From NCBI GenBank assembly GCA_001774945.1, contig MFBL01000043.1, positions 2,782-66,781 of the forward strand: DNA of 64,000 bases, given 5' to 3'. How positions within the stretch are numbered: the first letter of the stretch is position 1; each line of letters begins with the position of its first letter. The notes below the pieces were generated by a model that did no database searches, had not been told where the DNA came from, and saw only the letters and a program-made list of their open reading frames with translations. Shown piece after piece: positions 28,026 through 37,810 of the stretch. The position numbers were made by a program, and so were the translations under genes. Origin of the DNA: Candidatus Curtissbacteria bacterium RIFCSPHIGHO2_12_FULL_41_17. GTDB taxonomy: Bacteria > Patescibacteriota > Microgenomatia > Curtissbacterales > GWA2-41-24.

Positions 28026-28566
28026 GGCGGTGAATTTTAGCGAGAGTAGCGTTTACTACCTCTATATAAAGAGGGTATAAATCATTGTAGACATCCGCCT
28101 CGACTTTATTTTTGATACTATCTATTCTTATAAATTTTTCAACAATTACTTTTCCGCCGTCAACTTTTTCGGTCATCCAATGAGATGCCACTGAAGCCTT
28201 GTTAACTCCGTCATTTATTAGTCTTAAAATGGGTTTTGCACCTTTGTATTTATATAAGCATGGATGGATGTTAATGCAGGGTATGGATTTTACCAAATGA
28301 GGACTAAAGATCTTCTTACCATGACAGCACAGTAGTAAATCAATCTGCTTTGCTAACTTTTCAATTAATTCTTGATCATCCAATTTATGTTTGGGGAAAA
28401 TTTGCAGGTTGAATTCTTCGGCTATTTTTTCGATTTTTTCGTCTTCGCAAAAAACAGCTCTTATATTGTGTCCTTTGGCAATCAAGTTCAGTAGAACTAT
28501 CATACCTGTACTTTGACCACCATAAAAAGCAATTTTCATCTTTAATTTGTTTTGACCATTTTCCAA
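28018..28566 (-). CDS. Formyltransferase-domain protein (Fmt/ArnA-N-like sugar N-formyltransferase).
   Basis: KIAFYGGQSTG and IHPCLYKYKGAKP compare with the formyl_transf motif HPSLLPKYRG. Confidence 0.55.
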   Translation of the reverse strand: MENGQNKLKMKIAFYGGQSTGMIVLLNLIAKGHNIRAVFCEDEKIEKIAEEFNLQIFPKHKLDDQELIEKLAKQIDLLLCCHGKKIFSPHLVKSIPCINIHPCLYKYKGAKPILRLINDGVNKASVASHWMTEKVDGGKVIVEKFIRIDSIKNKVEADVYNDLYPLYIEVVNATLAKIHRHA

Positions 28567-29663
28567 GAAAGTGGTGTACCGCGTTCTATATCGCCTTTTG
28601 CAGTCCTCCCTATAACATCTTCATAATACTTAGGAGCCAACCCGTCTCCGGGCCTGATACATCTCACGTTGTCTGGTGTTAAAGTATCGCCCTTTTTGAT
28701 ATCATTGATGGCAAAAATCGATTGCGAAAACCTTCTACCATTGTAGATTTCGGCTGGGTTTACTGGTCCGTACTTTACTCTCCCTATAACTTCTTTTGCA
28801 AATGGTGTGTTTAAAATATCCGTCCCCATTTTTTCATTTTTTCGGATTTGCCGAACCATCTGAGCAACTTCATCTGGCTCTATCGAAAATGAGGCATCAG
28901 GCCCACCCATCGAACGCTTTAAAATTACATGCTTTTCGACTATGGCAGCACCTAGAGCTGCTGCAACAATGGGAATTTTGATACCGCCATTATTATCAGA
29001 AAATCCTGTGACTGCCTTAAACCTTTTGGATATATCCGGTATTGTTTTAAGATTGATATCGGCAAGTGCTGGTTTCGAAGCGTAGCTTGTTACGCAATGA
29101 AGAATTGCAATCTGGTCCACACCGTTTTCTTTTAGAGTTTTTAGAGCAAGTTTAATATCAGAAATGCTTGCAAATCCCACAGAAAGGATAACAGGCTTAC
29201 CTATTTTTGCAACCTTTCTCAAAAGAGGAATATGACTTGCTTCATAAGAGGAAATTTTGTAGGCCGGAGGATTGATTTCTTTTTCTAAATAATCAACAGC
29301 CGTCTCATCAAATGGCGTCGAAAAAAGGATTAAGCCTAAGCTTTTTGCAAGTTTTGAAAGTTTTGGTTGCCAGTCCCAAGGGGTATAAGCGGTTTTGTAA
29401 AGGTCATAAAGTTTGTGTCCTCTCCAAGCGTTTGGCGTATCTTCAGACTCCACGATAAACCACTTCTTATCACAATCAATTGTTAGAGTGTCTGGTGTAT
29501 AAGTTTGCAATTTGACAGCATCTACACCGGCAGCGGCTACTGCTTTAATTAACCGGACGGCTTCATCATAATTTTGGTGATGGTTCCCCGAAATCTCAGC
29601 AACAATAAAACAAGGATGACCTTGACCGATTTTCCTGTGGCCAATCTTAATAACTTTTGCCAT
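28542..29663 (-). CDS. pseI: NeuB-family nonulosonic acid synthase (PseI/NeuB/LegI) with a C-terminal SAF domain.
   Basis: Carries HPCFIVAEISGNHHQNYDEAVRLIKAVAAAGVDAVKLQTY. The ORF extends to 29750, but the likely start is MAKVIK at 29663, which avoids a long overlap with the upstream GT2. Confidence 0.75.
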   Translation of the reverse strand: MAKVIKIGHRKIGQGHPCFIVAEISGNHHQNYDEAVRLIKAVAAAGVDAVKLQTYTPDTLTIDCDKKWFIVESEDTPNAWRGHKLYDLYKTAYTPWDWQPKLSKLAKSLGLILFSTPFDETAVDYLEKEINPPAYKISSYEASHIPLLRKVAKIGKPVILSVGFASISDIKLALKTLKENGVDQIAILHCVTSYASKPALADINLKTIPDISKRFKAVTGFSDNNGGIKIPIVAAALGAAIVEKHVILKRSMGGPDASFSIEPDEVAQMVRQIRKNEKMGTDILNTPFAKEVIGRVKYGPVNPAEIYNGRRFSQSIFAINDIKKGDTLTPDNVRCIRPGDGLAPKYYEDVIGRTAKGDIERGTPLSWKMVKTN

Positions 29664-30354
29664 GCGATTTTGGTAATAAGTACGAACGTATTTGAGAAAT
29701 TTCAATAAGTTTGTTCGGATGAAGCTCCTCAAGCTCTTTGATACCGGCAATAACTTTTGACTGTTTAGCCGTAATGCTTTGCGTGTCGCGATGATAAGTA
29801 AAAAGGGATTTATTTATATGTTGACCATTCCATTTGCCAAGAGTTCTCAAGAATAAATCATATTCGATAAAAGTAATATTAGGATTGTAAAGCCCCTCAT
29901 CCAATACCCGCTTCCGCCTCATCATTACACCAATCATTACACTTTCAAATATATTTTTAGGCGAAACTGTTTTTTTATTCCCCTTATATTCCTCTATGTA
30001 GTCACAATATACAAAATCTACAGAACTTGAACTGTCAAGAACTTCCGCCTCCTGTGAAAGCAAATCGGGATCAAATTCATCATCGCCGTCAAGAAAAACG
30101 ATGTAATCTCCTTGACTTGATAAAATTCCCGTGTTTGCCGCTTGAGCATGTCCTTGATTTTCTTGATTGACTATCCGTAAATTTTTAACAGATGCGAACT
30201 TTTTTATTATCTCCAAAGTCTTGTCGGTCGAACCGTCATTGACAACAACAACCTCGAAGTCTTCTTCTGGGTAATTTTGTCCAAGGGAACTTTTAATAGC
30301 TCTTTCTAAGGTTTTCTCATTATTAAAAGCCCTGATAATAATTGAGACTTTCAT
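29647..30354 (-). CDS. Glycosyltransferase family 2.
   Basis: Carries VSIIIRAFNNEKTLERAI...VVNDGSTDKT and FLDGDDEF as the DxD region. Confidence 0.7.
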   Translation of the reverse strand: MKVSIIIRAFNNEKTLERAIKSSLGQNYPEEDFEVVVVNDGSTDKTLEIIKKFASVKNLRIVNQENQGHAQAANTGILSSQGDYIVFLDGDDEFDPDLLSQEAEVLDSSSSVDFVYCDYIEEYKGNKKTVSPKNIFESVMIGVMMRRKRVLDEGLYNPNITFIEYDLFLRTLGKWNGQHINKSLFTYHRDTQSITAKQSKVIAGIKELEELHPNKLIEISQIRSYLLPKSHGKSY

Positions 30355-30357
30355 TTA

Positions 30358-31602
30358 TCAATTATCCATGCCTTTACCAAAGAGAATGTAAGAGTTTACT
30401 CTTGGCTCCTTTGAAGCGCTCACTTGAAAAACACAACTATCTTTTTTTGTAAGGCGAACTTTACCAACACCCTCATCTCTTATGTGACCAGTAACAGAAT
30501 CTTTTAGTGTCCAATTATGTTCACTACTCTTCCTCCAAATTTTAAGATTCCTAAATTGGTCTATCAAAAAATAAAAACCCAGCTCTGTCATCCCTATCCA
30601 GTCCAAAAATAATTGCAGATTTTGGGGTTTTTTATTTTGGTAATTCTTAACCTGATTAATTCCTTCTTCTCGAGTTAACCTTTTTAGCCTAATTTCTCTT
30701 ACGGCATGATCCGTTGCTTTACCATAACCCAATTTCAAAAATTTAATATAATCATGTACGTCCGAGTAATTAAAACAGTCGACATCATTATAGGTATCAA
30801 AAGTTCTAGTTTGAGCAGCAGTTTGATAGCCGTACTCCTTTATCATATCTTCATGCTGTTTTTTTGAATCCCATCGAATGTAATTGGAGAGATATATGCC
30901 GCGGATACCAATCCTTTCGATTTCCTTATCGTGAGGATAGATAAATGGTGTTAAATCTTCACGGCTTAGGTAATTTTGCTGATCAATCAGGTCTTCTGCT
31001 TCATAATCCAGAAGATCATGCTCCTTGCGGTATTTTCTAGTCATTTCAACTTCATCCAAGTGAGAAAACATACCCACCTGGTCGATACCCTGATGCCCCC
31101 CCCAAATAATTAACGGAATTTTAAATCTAACAGCTGTTTGAACAGGAAAAACCGTTTGGCCGGCAAGGCAATGCCAATACATACTGCCCATTTTTTGTAA
31201 AGTTACCTTGGTAATTTTTTTAACAATTTTGGGATTAACAGTCAATGTAAGCAAATCACAATCAAATAGGGTTTTGAGGTAAGCTAAATTTCTAATCCCA
31301 ATAGGAGTATTATATTGTTTATTATAAGTAACCAGCAGGGGATTCATTTTATAAATATTTTTTATAGTATGAACAATAAAGTAAGAATCCCTTGCTCCGG
31401 AAACGGGAACAATACAGTCATAATTTTCTTTTGATTTATTCCTGAAACCATCCAAAATCCTCTTGAGTTTTTTGATCCGCTTGTCCCAATCCAGAATATC
31501 TTTTTCTTCATGGACCCTGCAGCCGCTGCAAACCCCCTCGTTGTCAAAAGTAATATTTAATGGGTGGTTAGCCGGATATATACAACGTGTGCAGTATTTC
31601 AT
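30358..31602 (-). CDS. N-acetyl sugar amidotransferase (WbuX/PseA-like PP-loop ATPase).
   Basis: A Cys-rich N-terminus (MKYCTRCIYPANHPL...CSGC) and PP-loop-like CIVPVSGARDS are present. The ORF is open to 31722, but the likely start at 31602 abuts the HisF-like gene. Confidence 0.6.
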   Translation of the reverse strand: MKYCTRCIYPANHPLNITFDNEGVCSGCRVHEEKDILDWDKRIKKLKRILDGFRNKSKENYDCIVPVSGARDSYFIVHTIKNIYKMNPLLVTYNKQYNTPIGIRNLAYLKTLFDCDLLTLTVNPKIVKKITKVTLQKMGSMYWHCLAGQTVFPVQTAVRFKIPLIIWGGHQGIDQVGMFSHLDEVEMTRKYRKEHDLLDYEAEDLIDQQNYLSREDLTPFIYPHDKEIERIGIRGIYLSNYIRWDSKKQHEDMIKEYGYQTAAQTRTFDTYNDVDCFNYSDVHDYIKFLKLGYGKATDHAVREIRLKRLTREEGINQVKNYQNKKPQNLQLFLDWIGMTELGFYFLIDQFRNLKIWRKSSEHNWTLKDSVTGHIRDEGVGKVRLTKKDSCVFQVSASKEPRVNSYILFGKGMDN

Positions 31603-31603
31603 A

Positions 31604-32476
31604 TTAAATAATCTCAGGAGGATAATATTTGAATCTTTGCTCGGCAAGGTACCGATCTGGTCTTTTAGCAATCCTGCCCCCGTCATCAAATTCAAAATCC
31701 ATATAATGTGCCTGCGTGTCAAATCTTATATCGATGCCTTTCTTTTGCAGGTATGCTTTAGCGTTTATTACGCTATGCTCTGTGAAATGAAAAAAATTGC
31801 CTGCTGCCGCACAATTTGCCCTACCTTGTGTCATTACGTCAACAAAGTCTTGTGGATGTCCTGCTCCGCCACAGGCGATTACCGGAATATCAACAGCCTC
31901 TACTATCATCCTGACCATATTAATGTCATACCCAACCTTTGATCCGTTCCTGTCAACACAGTTGAGCAATATCTCTCCAGCCCCCAAACTTGCTAAAGTT
32001 TTGGCCCATTTGACCGGATCTTTTTCCGGTATATCAATGCCGAAATTGGAAAAAACAGAATATTTTTTATCTTTGTCTAATTTAACATCAATCGATGCAA
32101 CTATGCACTGGTTGCCCAATATGGATGCCCCCTTTTTAATCAAAAGAGGGTCTTTCAAGGCAGCACTATTAATAGCAATTTTATCTGCGCCAAATTTTAC
32201 CAACTTCTGCATGTCGCCAACCGAACTTATTCCCCCGCCAACCACCAAGGGCACGAAGCATTTTTTTGAAACACTTTGAATTTCTAAAAAATCCGGCCCC
32301 TGGTCTTTAGGAGTCGCTGATATGTCTAAATAAATTATTTCATCTATACCCCAGGAATTTAGAAATTCGACGGCAATTTGGGCTTTTCCTACCGGTAGAT
32401 ATTTAGAAAAGCCGATACTTTGGACGACTATACCATCGCGGATGACCAAAATTGCTGTTAACCTTTTTTTTAACAT
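31604..32476 (-). CDS. HisF-like imidazole-glycerol-phosphate-synthase cyclase homolog (WbuZ-like).
   Basis: (beta/alpha)8 HisF-like blocks: IDEIIYLDISA, VGGGISS, VIACGGAGHPQD. Confidence 0.65.
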   Translation of the reverse strand: MLKKRLTAILVIRDGIVVQSIGFSKYLPVGKAQIAVEFLNSWGIDEIIYLDISATPKDQGPDFLEIQSVSKKCFVPLVVGGGISSVGDMQKLVKFGADKIAINSAALKDPLLIKKGASILGNQCIVASIDVKLDKDKKYSVFSNFGIDIPEKDPVKWAKTLASLGAGEILLNCVDRNGSKVGYDINMVRMIVEAVDIPVIACGGAGHPQDFVDVMTQGRANCAAAGNFFHFTEHSVINAKAYLQKKGIDIRFDTQAHYMDFEFDDGGRIAKRPDRYLAEQRFKYYPPEII

Positions 32477-33100
32477 TTAATTGATGCCGCAATAATTAAA
32501 AAAACTTCGATAAATCCGCAAGCCGTTATTTTGGCTCTTCTCCGGATGAAACTGGACACCGAAAATATTATCCTTTTGTATTGCGGCTATCATCTTATGA
32601 CCATAAATGAAAGTAGCCGCAACAAACTTGTTATTGCAAACAAAGTGATAACTGTGATCAAAGTAAAAATTCGTGTTGGAAGACACACGCGAAAAAAGCG
32701 GATTTTTAGAAACGGCATGAATATTATTCCAACCCACATGGGGAACTCTAATTTCCTGGCCGGGTGGAACTTTCGCTACGTGTCCACTAACCCATCCAAG
32801 ACCTTTATGGAAGCCGTTTTCAACAGAATCATTCGCCAGAATTTGCATTCCCAAACATACCCCCAGGATTGGCTTTTTTCGCTTTATAACTTCATGGGCC
32901 AATACATCAACTATGCCAATTGCTTTTAAATTTTTCATCGCCTCTGGGAAAGCTCCAACTCCCGGGAGGATATAGGCTTGTGCTCTTTTAATATCCGCAG
33001 GAGAATTAGAGATTAAAAAATCATAACCTAAGAACGTTAGCGTATTTGCAACCGATTGGTGGTTCCCCAGTTTGTAATCTATTAATAATATTTTTTTCAT
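32477..33100 (-). CDS. HisH-like class I glutamine amidotransferase (WbuY-like).
   Basis: Carries KILLIDYKLGNHQSV, PILGVCLGMQIL with the catalytic Cys, and HPE. The likely start is the MKKILL Met. Confidence 0.7.
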   Translation of the reverse strand: MKKILLIDYKLGNHQSVANTLTFLGYDFLISNSPADIKRAQAYILPGVGAFPEAMKNLKAIGIVDVLAHEVIKRKKPILGVCLGMQILANDSVENGFHKGLGWVSGHVAKVPPGQEIRVPHVGWNNIHAVSKNPLFSRVSSNTNFYFDHSYHFVCNNKFVAATFIYGHKMIAAIQKDNIFGVQFHPEKSQNNGLRIYRSFFNYCGIN

Positions 33101-34218
33101 ATTAATGGCGTTTTTAAAACCCATTTTCCCTGTTTGTCTTTCTTCCAAATATCTTTGTTTCTGAATGATTCAACAACTTGCCAAAATTTATTTTCTAATA
33201 TTTCAATGTAGTTGCAGAATTTTTTAATGTAATAATTGGAACATTTTCCATCATATTTTTTAACCAGATCCACCGCTTCTTCGCGGGTCATTCTACCAAA
33301 TCTAATCTCTTCACATACCTCGTCCGTAACTTGTCCAAAGCCATACTTTATGTATTTGATCATTTGATTAACAATTACGAAATCATCATCCAGTGCGTTA
33401 AATGGGAAAATATGTCCGGTATTGCCCGGAGAGTCTTCCCTGATTTCCAGTCCTCTTGCTATCGAAAACTTTGCATTATCCAGCTTGGTAAAATCTCGCC
33501 AGTAGTAGCCCAAATATTGGATCTTTAACTTTCCCCATTCCAACTCTTCATCCGAAGAGTAACGATACCAAAGAGCTTGCTGTCTAGCTATATTTTCGTC
33601 CTCAAGTAACTCATCTGGGTTGCCTCCGGCAAGAGTATTTGAGTACTTCATTTTACCCGCGTCTGCCGAAATGGAGCCAACCCCTAAATCACCTAACTGA
33701 ATAGCAGGATTTTCACCTAAAAAAATTAGGGGAATTTGATAAGCGATGGCAACTTTTGGGGCGCTTGCGTAAAGTGCCATTTCCGTTGATTTTGCCCAGT
33801 TACCGTATTTTAAAAAACTGCGGCGCATCAGCTTTTTCCATATTTGGGGAGCCGGAGCAATTGTTACTGTGTCAAAACCTAAGGATATTAAATTGCTAAT
33901 ATTGTGGGCACCTCTTTCGGTTAACTGCTCCGGAGGATAACCACAACAAACCAGCAGCGGTTTTAATCCTAGCCCATCTCGAACGTACAAAGATTGCCTA
34001 GTGCTGTCTTTCCCGCCGCTTACACCGACAATACAATCATAACCTGAAACATTATGTTTCTTTCCAAAATCGGCGATTTCCAGAAGTTCTCGTTTCCTCT
34101 GCTCCCAATCAATCTCATCAAATTTCGCTGTGAACCGACAGGGAGGACAAATGCCATCAGAGTCAAACTTTATGCCCGGCCTTGTGTCGGGCTGGACGCA
34201 TTTTTTGCAGTATCTCAT
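33097..34218 (-). CDS. N-acetyl sugar amidotransferase, second paralog (WbuX-like PP-loop).
   Basis: Carries MRYCKKCVQPDTRP...CPPC and the PP-loop DCIVGVSGGKDS. Confidence 0.65.
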   Translation of the reverse strand: MRYCKKCVQPDTRPGIKFDSDGICPPCRFTAKFDEIDWEQRKRELLEIADFGKKHNVSGYDCIVGVSGGKDSTRQSLYVRDGLGLKPLLVCCGYPPEQLTERGAHNISNLISLGFDTVTIAPAPQIWKKLMRRSFLKYGNWAKSTEMALYASAPKVAIAYQIPLIFLGENPAIQLGDLGVGSISADAGKMKYSNTLAGGNPDELLEDENIARQQALWYRYSSDEELEWGKLKIQYLGYYWRDFTKLDNAKFSIARGLEIREDSPGNTGHIFPFNALDDDFVIVNQMIKYIKYGFGQVTDEVCEEIRFGRMTREEAVDLVKKYDGKCSNYYIKKFCNYIEILENKFWQVVESFRNKDIWKKDKQGKWVLKTPLI

Positions 34219-34769
34219 TTTCTTTTAGGTGCATCGAATTCACTTGATAATATTCCATACTCAACAATATCCGCATACTCTCTGTCTTTAAAAAACGCTT
34301 TTCTTCTTCTTCCTTCCTCAATCATCCCCAAAGAAACGGCAAGTTTTTGCATGGCAATATTTTTTGATGACGTGCCACAATAAATTCTATTCAAATTAAG
34401 TTCGTCAAATCCGTGCTTTAAAATCAAAAGAGCAGCTTCTTTAGAATAACCTTTGTGCCAGTAGTCTTTTTCTCCCAACAATATCGTAAGCTCTCCGCTG
34501 CGGTTAACCGGGTCAATATTTTGAAGAGCGATATTACCAATGTGCAAATTTTTGCCCGTCAAAACAATTGCCAGGACAATTTTATCTTTAGTCTTACTGC
34601 TCTGCTTAATATACTTACGCCCTTCACTGTAAGAGTAGGGGAAAGTGTTATGGGAGTTATATCTGGAGACTTCTTCATTATTTAACCACGAAACGTAATT
34701 ACCTTGAAGATCTTTTTCTTCCAAGGGCCGCAAATATATGTTTTTGCCTGCCAAAAAAGGATTTCTCAT
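34215..34769 (-). CDS. GNAT-family N-acetyltransferase (RimL/PseH-like).
   Basis: The length and the motif HKGYSKEAALLILKHGFDELNLNRIYC are typical of RimJ/RimL-type GNATs. Confidence 0.6.
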   Translation of the reverse strand: MRNPFLAGKNIYLRPLEEKDLQGNYVSWLNNEEVSRYNSHNTFPYSYSEGRKYIKQSSKTKDKIVLAIVLTGKNLHIGNIALQNIDPVNRSGELTILLGEKDYWHKGYSKEAALLILKHGFDELNLNRIYCGTSSKNIAMQKLAVSLGMIEEGRRRKAFFKDREYADIVEYGILSSEFDAPKRK

Positions 34770-34777
34770 AAGCTTTA

Positions 34778-35482
34778 TTATTTAACCATCTTTTGTGCTG
34801 CCAAAAGGTCTGACGGGTTATCAATATCCACGTTTTCGTTTTCGTCCATGATCACAAACTCTATGCTGTTGTCATCCACCAGTTTATTCATTTTCATCAG
34901 CACTTCGTATTTTGAGAAATAAATCGCGCCGTCTTCCCTATATAAAGGTTTGTAATATTGACGGTTAACTCTCTCTTTTGGATAAAAAGGCACGTATTTA
35001 TTTTTACCTTCATCAAAGCGCCATAACCTACCCCAATCGCGCACAACGCTTACAACGCTATTGCATTTTTTCTTCTGGAATAAATCCAGCGCCTCTTCAA
35101 CTCTCTCTTTTCTTAAAAAGGGAGCAGTAGGGTAGAGAAGCAGCACTATATCACAACGATAACCCTCCTCGTCTTCGAGGTATTTAATTGCATGTTGTAA
35201 AACAGGTAAAGTAGGAGTTTGGTCGTCGGCTAATTCCTTTGGTCTGTCAAACGGAGTTTCGGCACCGTATTTATTGGCAATGGCCTTTATCTCACTATCA
35301 TCGGTTGAAACAATCACTCTATCAATTCTTGGCACTGATAAAGCTAAACCGATTGGCCATGCTATTAGCGGTTTGCCGCCAAGAGGTAGAACATTCTTTC
35401 GTGGAATGGATTTTGAACCGCCTCTGGCGATAATGATGGCAACAATTTTTTTATGGCCGCCTTGTTTATTTTTCATTTTCAA
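34778..35482 (-). CDS. pseF: Acylneuraminate cytidylyltransferase family (CMP-nonulosonic acid synthetase, PseF/NeuA-like).
   Basis: VAIIIARGGSKSIPRKNVLPLGGKPLIAW is the CTP_transf_3 signature. Confidence 0.75.
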   Translation of the reverse strand: MKMKNKQGGHKKIVAIIIARGGSKSIPRKNVLPLGGKPLIAWPIGLALSVPRIDRVIVSTDDSEIKAIANKYGAETPFDRPKELADDQTPTLPVLQHAIKYLEDEEGYRCDIVLLLYPTAPFLRKERVEEALDLFQKKKCNSVVSVVRDWGRLWRFDEGKNKYVPFYPKERVNRQYYKPLYREDGAIYFSKYEVLMKMNKLVDDNSIEFVIMDENENVDIDNPSDLLAAQKMVK

Positions 35483-36479
35483 TCAAATTGATTATGTTTT
35501 TAATCGGTCCTTTTATGTAATTAACCGTTGATTTTGCTTTAAAATTTCCTTCGAGATATCTCTTAATCTCTCCTGCCAAATCACTTTTAGCAGTCACAAT
35601 TTTATCACAGAGAATAGATTTTTCTCTTATTAGCTCATTTTTAGAAAGCCCTGGCTGATACGAGACAACATTCCTTCCAACAAGATTTGCAAGATAAAGC
35701 ACAATAGAGTTCATGCCAAAAACCAAACCGTGTTTTTTTAACGAATTTTTTAAATCGAGCCTGTCAATTTTTACGTTACCGTGTTTTTTCAGGTAACTGT
35801 TATATTTACTTGGGTAGTCTTTAGGGTGCAATCGGAGAGATAATTTTACATCTTGCTTCTTTAACCCCGAAAGTACTGCCAAAAGATCATCAAATACACT
35901 AAACTCGTCAAAACCAAACATATTTAATTTATGAGTTTTGTTAACCCTCGATAATGGTTGAGAAATAAATAATATTGAGTCATGTTCATTGCCGGAAGTT
36001 CCGAAGCCAGTTGTAAAATATTCAAAATAGGGATTACCGGTAACGCAAATTACTTTCGGATTAAACCCTAACTTAACCATCTCCTTTTTTGCAAGGTCAT
36101 CCATCACGCAAATTAAATCCGGTAAAAATTTGAAGTCTCCCGGGTTGTTTGAAAATCTTTGAACGTAATTTGACCAGTAATCAAGGATATAAATTGATCT
36201 TATTTTGCGCTTCTTGCAGTAATATAAAACTTTCTTGTCGATAGTAGGACCAACGCTTGTTCCCGCTAAAAAAAGGTTTGGCTTAAACTTTGTCAGCATC
36301 CTTTCCAACTCTGCCTGGCTGATCTTATCAGCGTCTTTAAAATCAATATCCCATGAGCAGAAAATCTTTTTGGCGGGTCCCTCGATAATATTTAATAGAG
36401 TATGCTTTTTGAGTTTTCTTATAAGCGGGAAAACAGCATTGGCAGCTCCAGGGTCAGACGCGCTAACAACGACCCTCAT
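35466..36479 (-). CDS. PseG-like / GT28-C-domain protein (candidate UDP-sugar hydrolase).
   Basis: Two Rossmann-like halves, and its position between the cytidylyltransferase and an aminotransferase in the Pse-type operon. The call is weak. Confidence 0.3.
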   Translation of the reverse strand: MRVVVSASDPGAANAVFPLIRKLKKHTLLNIIEGPAKKIFCSWDIDFKDADKISQAELERMLTKFKPNLFLAGTSVGPTIDKKVLYYCKKRKIRSIYILDYWSNYVQRFSNNPGDFKFLPDLICVMDDLAKKEMVKLGFNPKVICVTGNPYFEYFTTGFGTSGNEHDSILFISQPLSRVNKTHKLNMFGFDEFSVFDDLLAVLSGLKKQDVKLSLRLHPKDYPSKYNSYLKKHGNVKIDRLDLKNSLKKHGLVFGMNSIVLYLANLVGRNVVSYQPGLSKNELIREKSILCDKIVTAKSDLAGEIKRYLEGNFKAKSTVNYIKGPIKNIINLIENEK

Positions 36480-37810
36480 TCTAAAAGTTCCAATTTACAT
36501 TGAAGCACTTTATTAACAGCATCGAAAAAAAGATCAATTTGACGATAAGTCCTTGGATGCTGGCATATATCCGTGAATGTCAGCTCTTTCTCATACAATC
36601 TTTCAGTTACCGGACAAAGCCCTCTATCGTAATTGGTATTGTAGCCGTCGTAATCAAAAGGAAAATGGGTTTGATTGAAAACATGTTTTTCTTGAAAAAG
36701 TTTTAGGAGGTAAATGGGCTTTACATAACCTTTGGACATCGGGAAACCCTCAGCAGCCATGGCTTCAACGAATAGGTTTCTGCTTATACCTAATTTATTT
36801 TCGTCTATCTTGATGGGGAAAACGTAATAAACATGTTTTTTATCTTTATCTTCCTTTGGTAGGATAAAGCCTTCAATATCTGCAAGCTTTGATCGCAAAT
36901 GATTTACAAGGTCTAACCTCTTTTCGTTTAAGAAATCTAATTTTTTAAGTTGGTAATACCCAAGCAGCGCATGGATTTCACTCATCCTAAAATTATTGCC
37001 CATAACCGGTCCCAGATGGTAATTTGGGTCTTCGTCGGCAACTATTTCTCCGTGGTTTCTCACAAGTTGTGCCCGATAGGCGCTGTGTTTATTATTCGTT
37101 ACCAAAACTCCTCCCTCGCCAATTTGGATAACTTTATGAACGTTGAAACTAAAAACTCCAACGTCGGCAATAGTTCCCGTGTACTTACCTTTATATTGCG
37201 CACCAGGAGCTTGAGCATTATCCTCAATAGTTTTAAGTTTATATTTTTTGGCGATTTTAAGAATTTGGTCAAAATCTGCCGGATTCCCAAACAGGTTAAC
37301 AATCATTATCGCCTTTGTTCTTGAACTAATTACTTTTTCAATTGAGGTAGGATCAACACAAAAATTATCCTCATCGATATCCGCAAAAACCGGTACGGCT
37401 CCATTTGCCAAAATGCTTGTTGCAGATGCCGACATCGTGTATGGTGGAACGATAACTTCGTCCCCTGGTCCTATCTCAAGACTTGCGACTGCAGCTTGTA
37501 ATGCGGTTGTTGCGCTATTAAAAGTGACTGCAAATCTGGATCCAAATTTCTTACAAAATAAGAATTCCAACTTTCTAACTTGTTTTCCGCCTAAGAATTT
37601 ATCACCTGTTATCCCGACAAAGTCGGAAAGCGGGCCCTTACCCAGGAGTTTTATAAGAGATTCGATTTCTTTTTTGCTTATATTGTAAACAGGATCGAAA
37701 GGTTTATTTAAAATCGGCTTGCCGCCCAAAATGGCTAATTTTTTCCCCACTTTGAGTTCCTTTCTATGAGGGCTATAATTTTTAAAGCCGCCAGTGCTTC
37801 TTCTCCCCAA
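36476..37810 (-). CDS. DegT-family PLP aminotransferase with N- and C-terminal extensions.
   Basis: Carries FSFNVHKVIQIGEGG. The annotated ATG would overlap the upstream gene by 76 bp, so the true start may be a downstream TTG/GTG. Confidence 0.7.
   Translation of the reverse strand: MGRRSTGGFKNYSPHRKELKVGKKLAILGGKPILNKPFDPVYNISKKEIESLIKLLGKGPLSDFVGITGDKFLGGKQVRKLEFLFCKKFGSRFAVTFNSATTALQAAVASLEIGPGDEVIVPPYTMSASATSILANGAVPVFADIDEDNFCVDPTSIEKVISSRTKAIMIVNLFGNPADFDQILKIAKKYKLKTIEDNAQAPGAQYKGKYTGTIADVGVFSFNVHKVIQIGEGGVLVTNNKHSAYRAQLVRNHGEIVADEDPNYHLGPVMGNNFRMSEIHALLGYYQLKKLDFLNEKRLDLVNHLRSKLADIEGFILPKEDKDKKHVYYVFPIKIDENKLGISRNLFVEAMAAEGFPMSKGYVKPIYLLKLFQEKHVFNQTHFPFDYDGYNTNYDRGLCPVTERLYEKELTFTDICQHPRTYRQIDLFFDAVNKVLQCKLELLE

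Noticed and set aside
31362-32279. Plus-strand ORFs 31463..31942 and 31797..32279 antisense to the amidotransferase and HisF-like genes.
   Set aside because: They are nested antisense to strongly supported genes and their translations are low-complexity.
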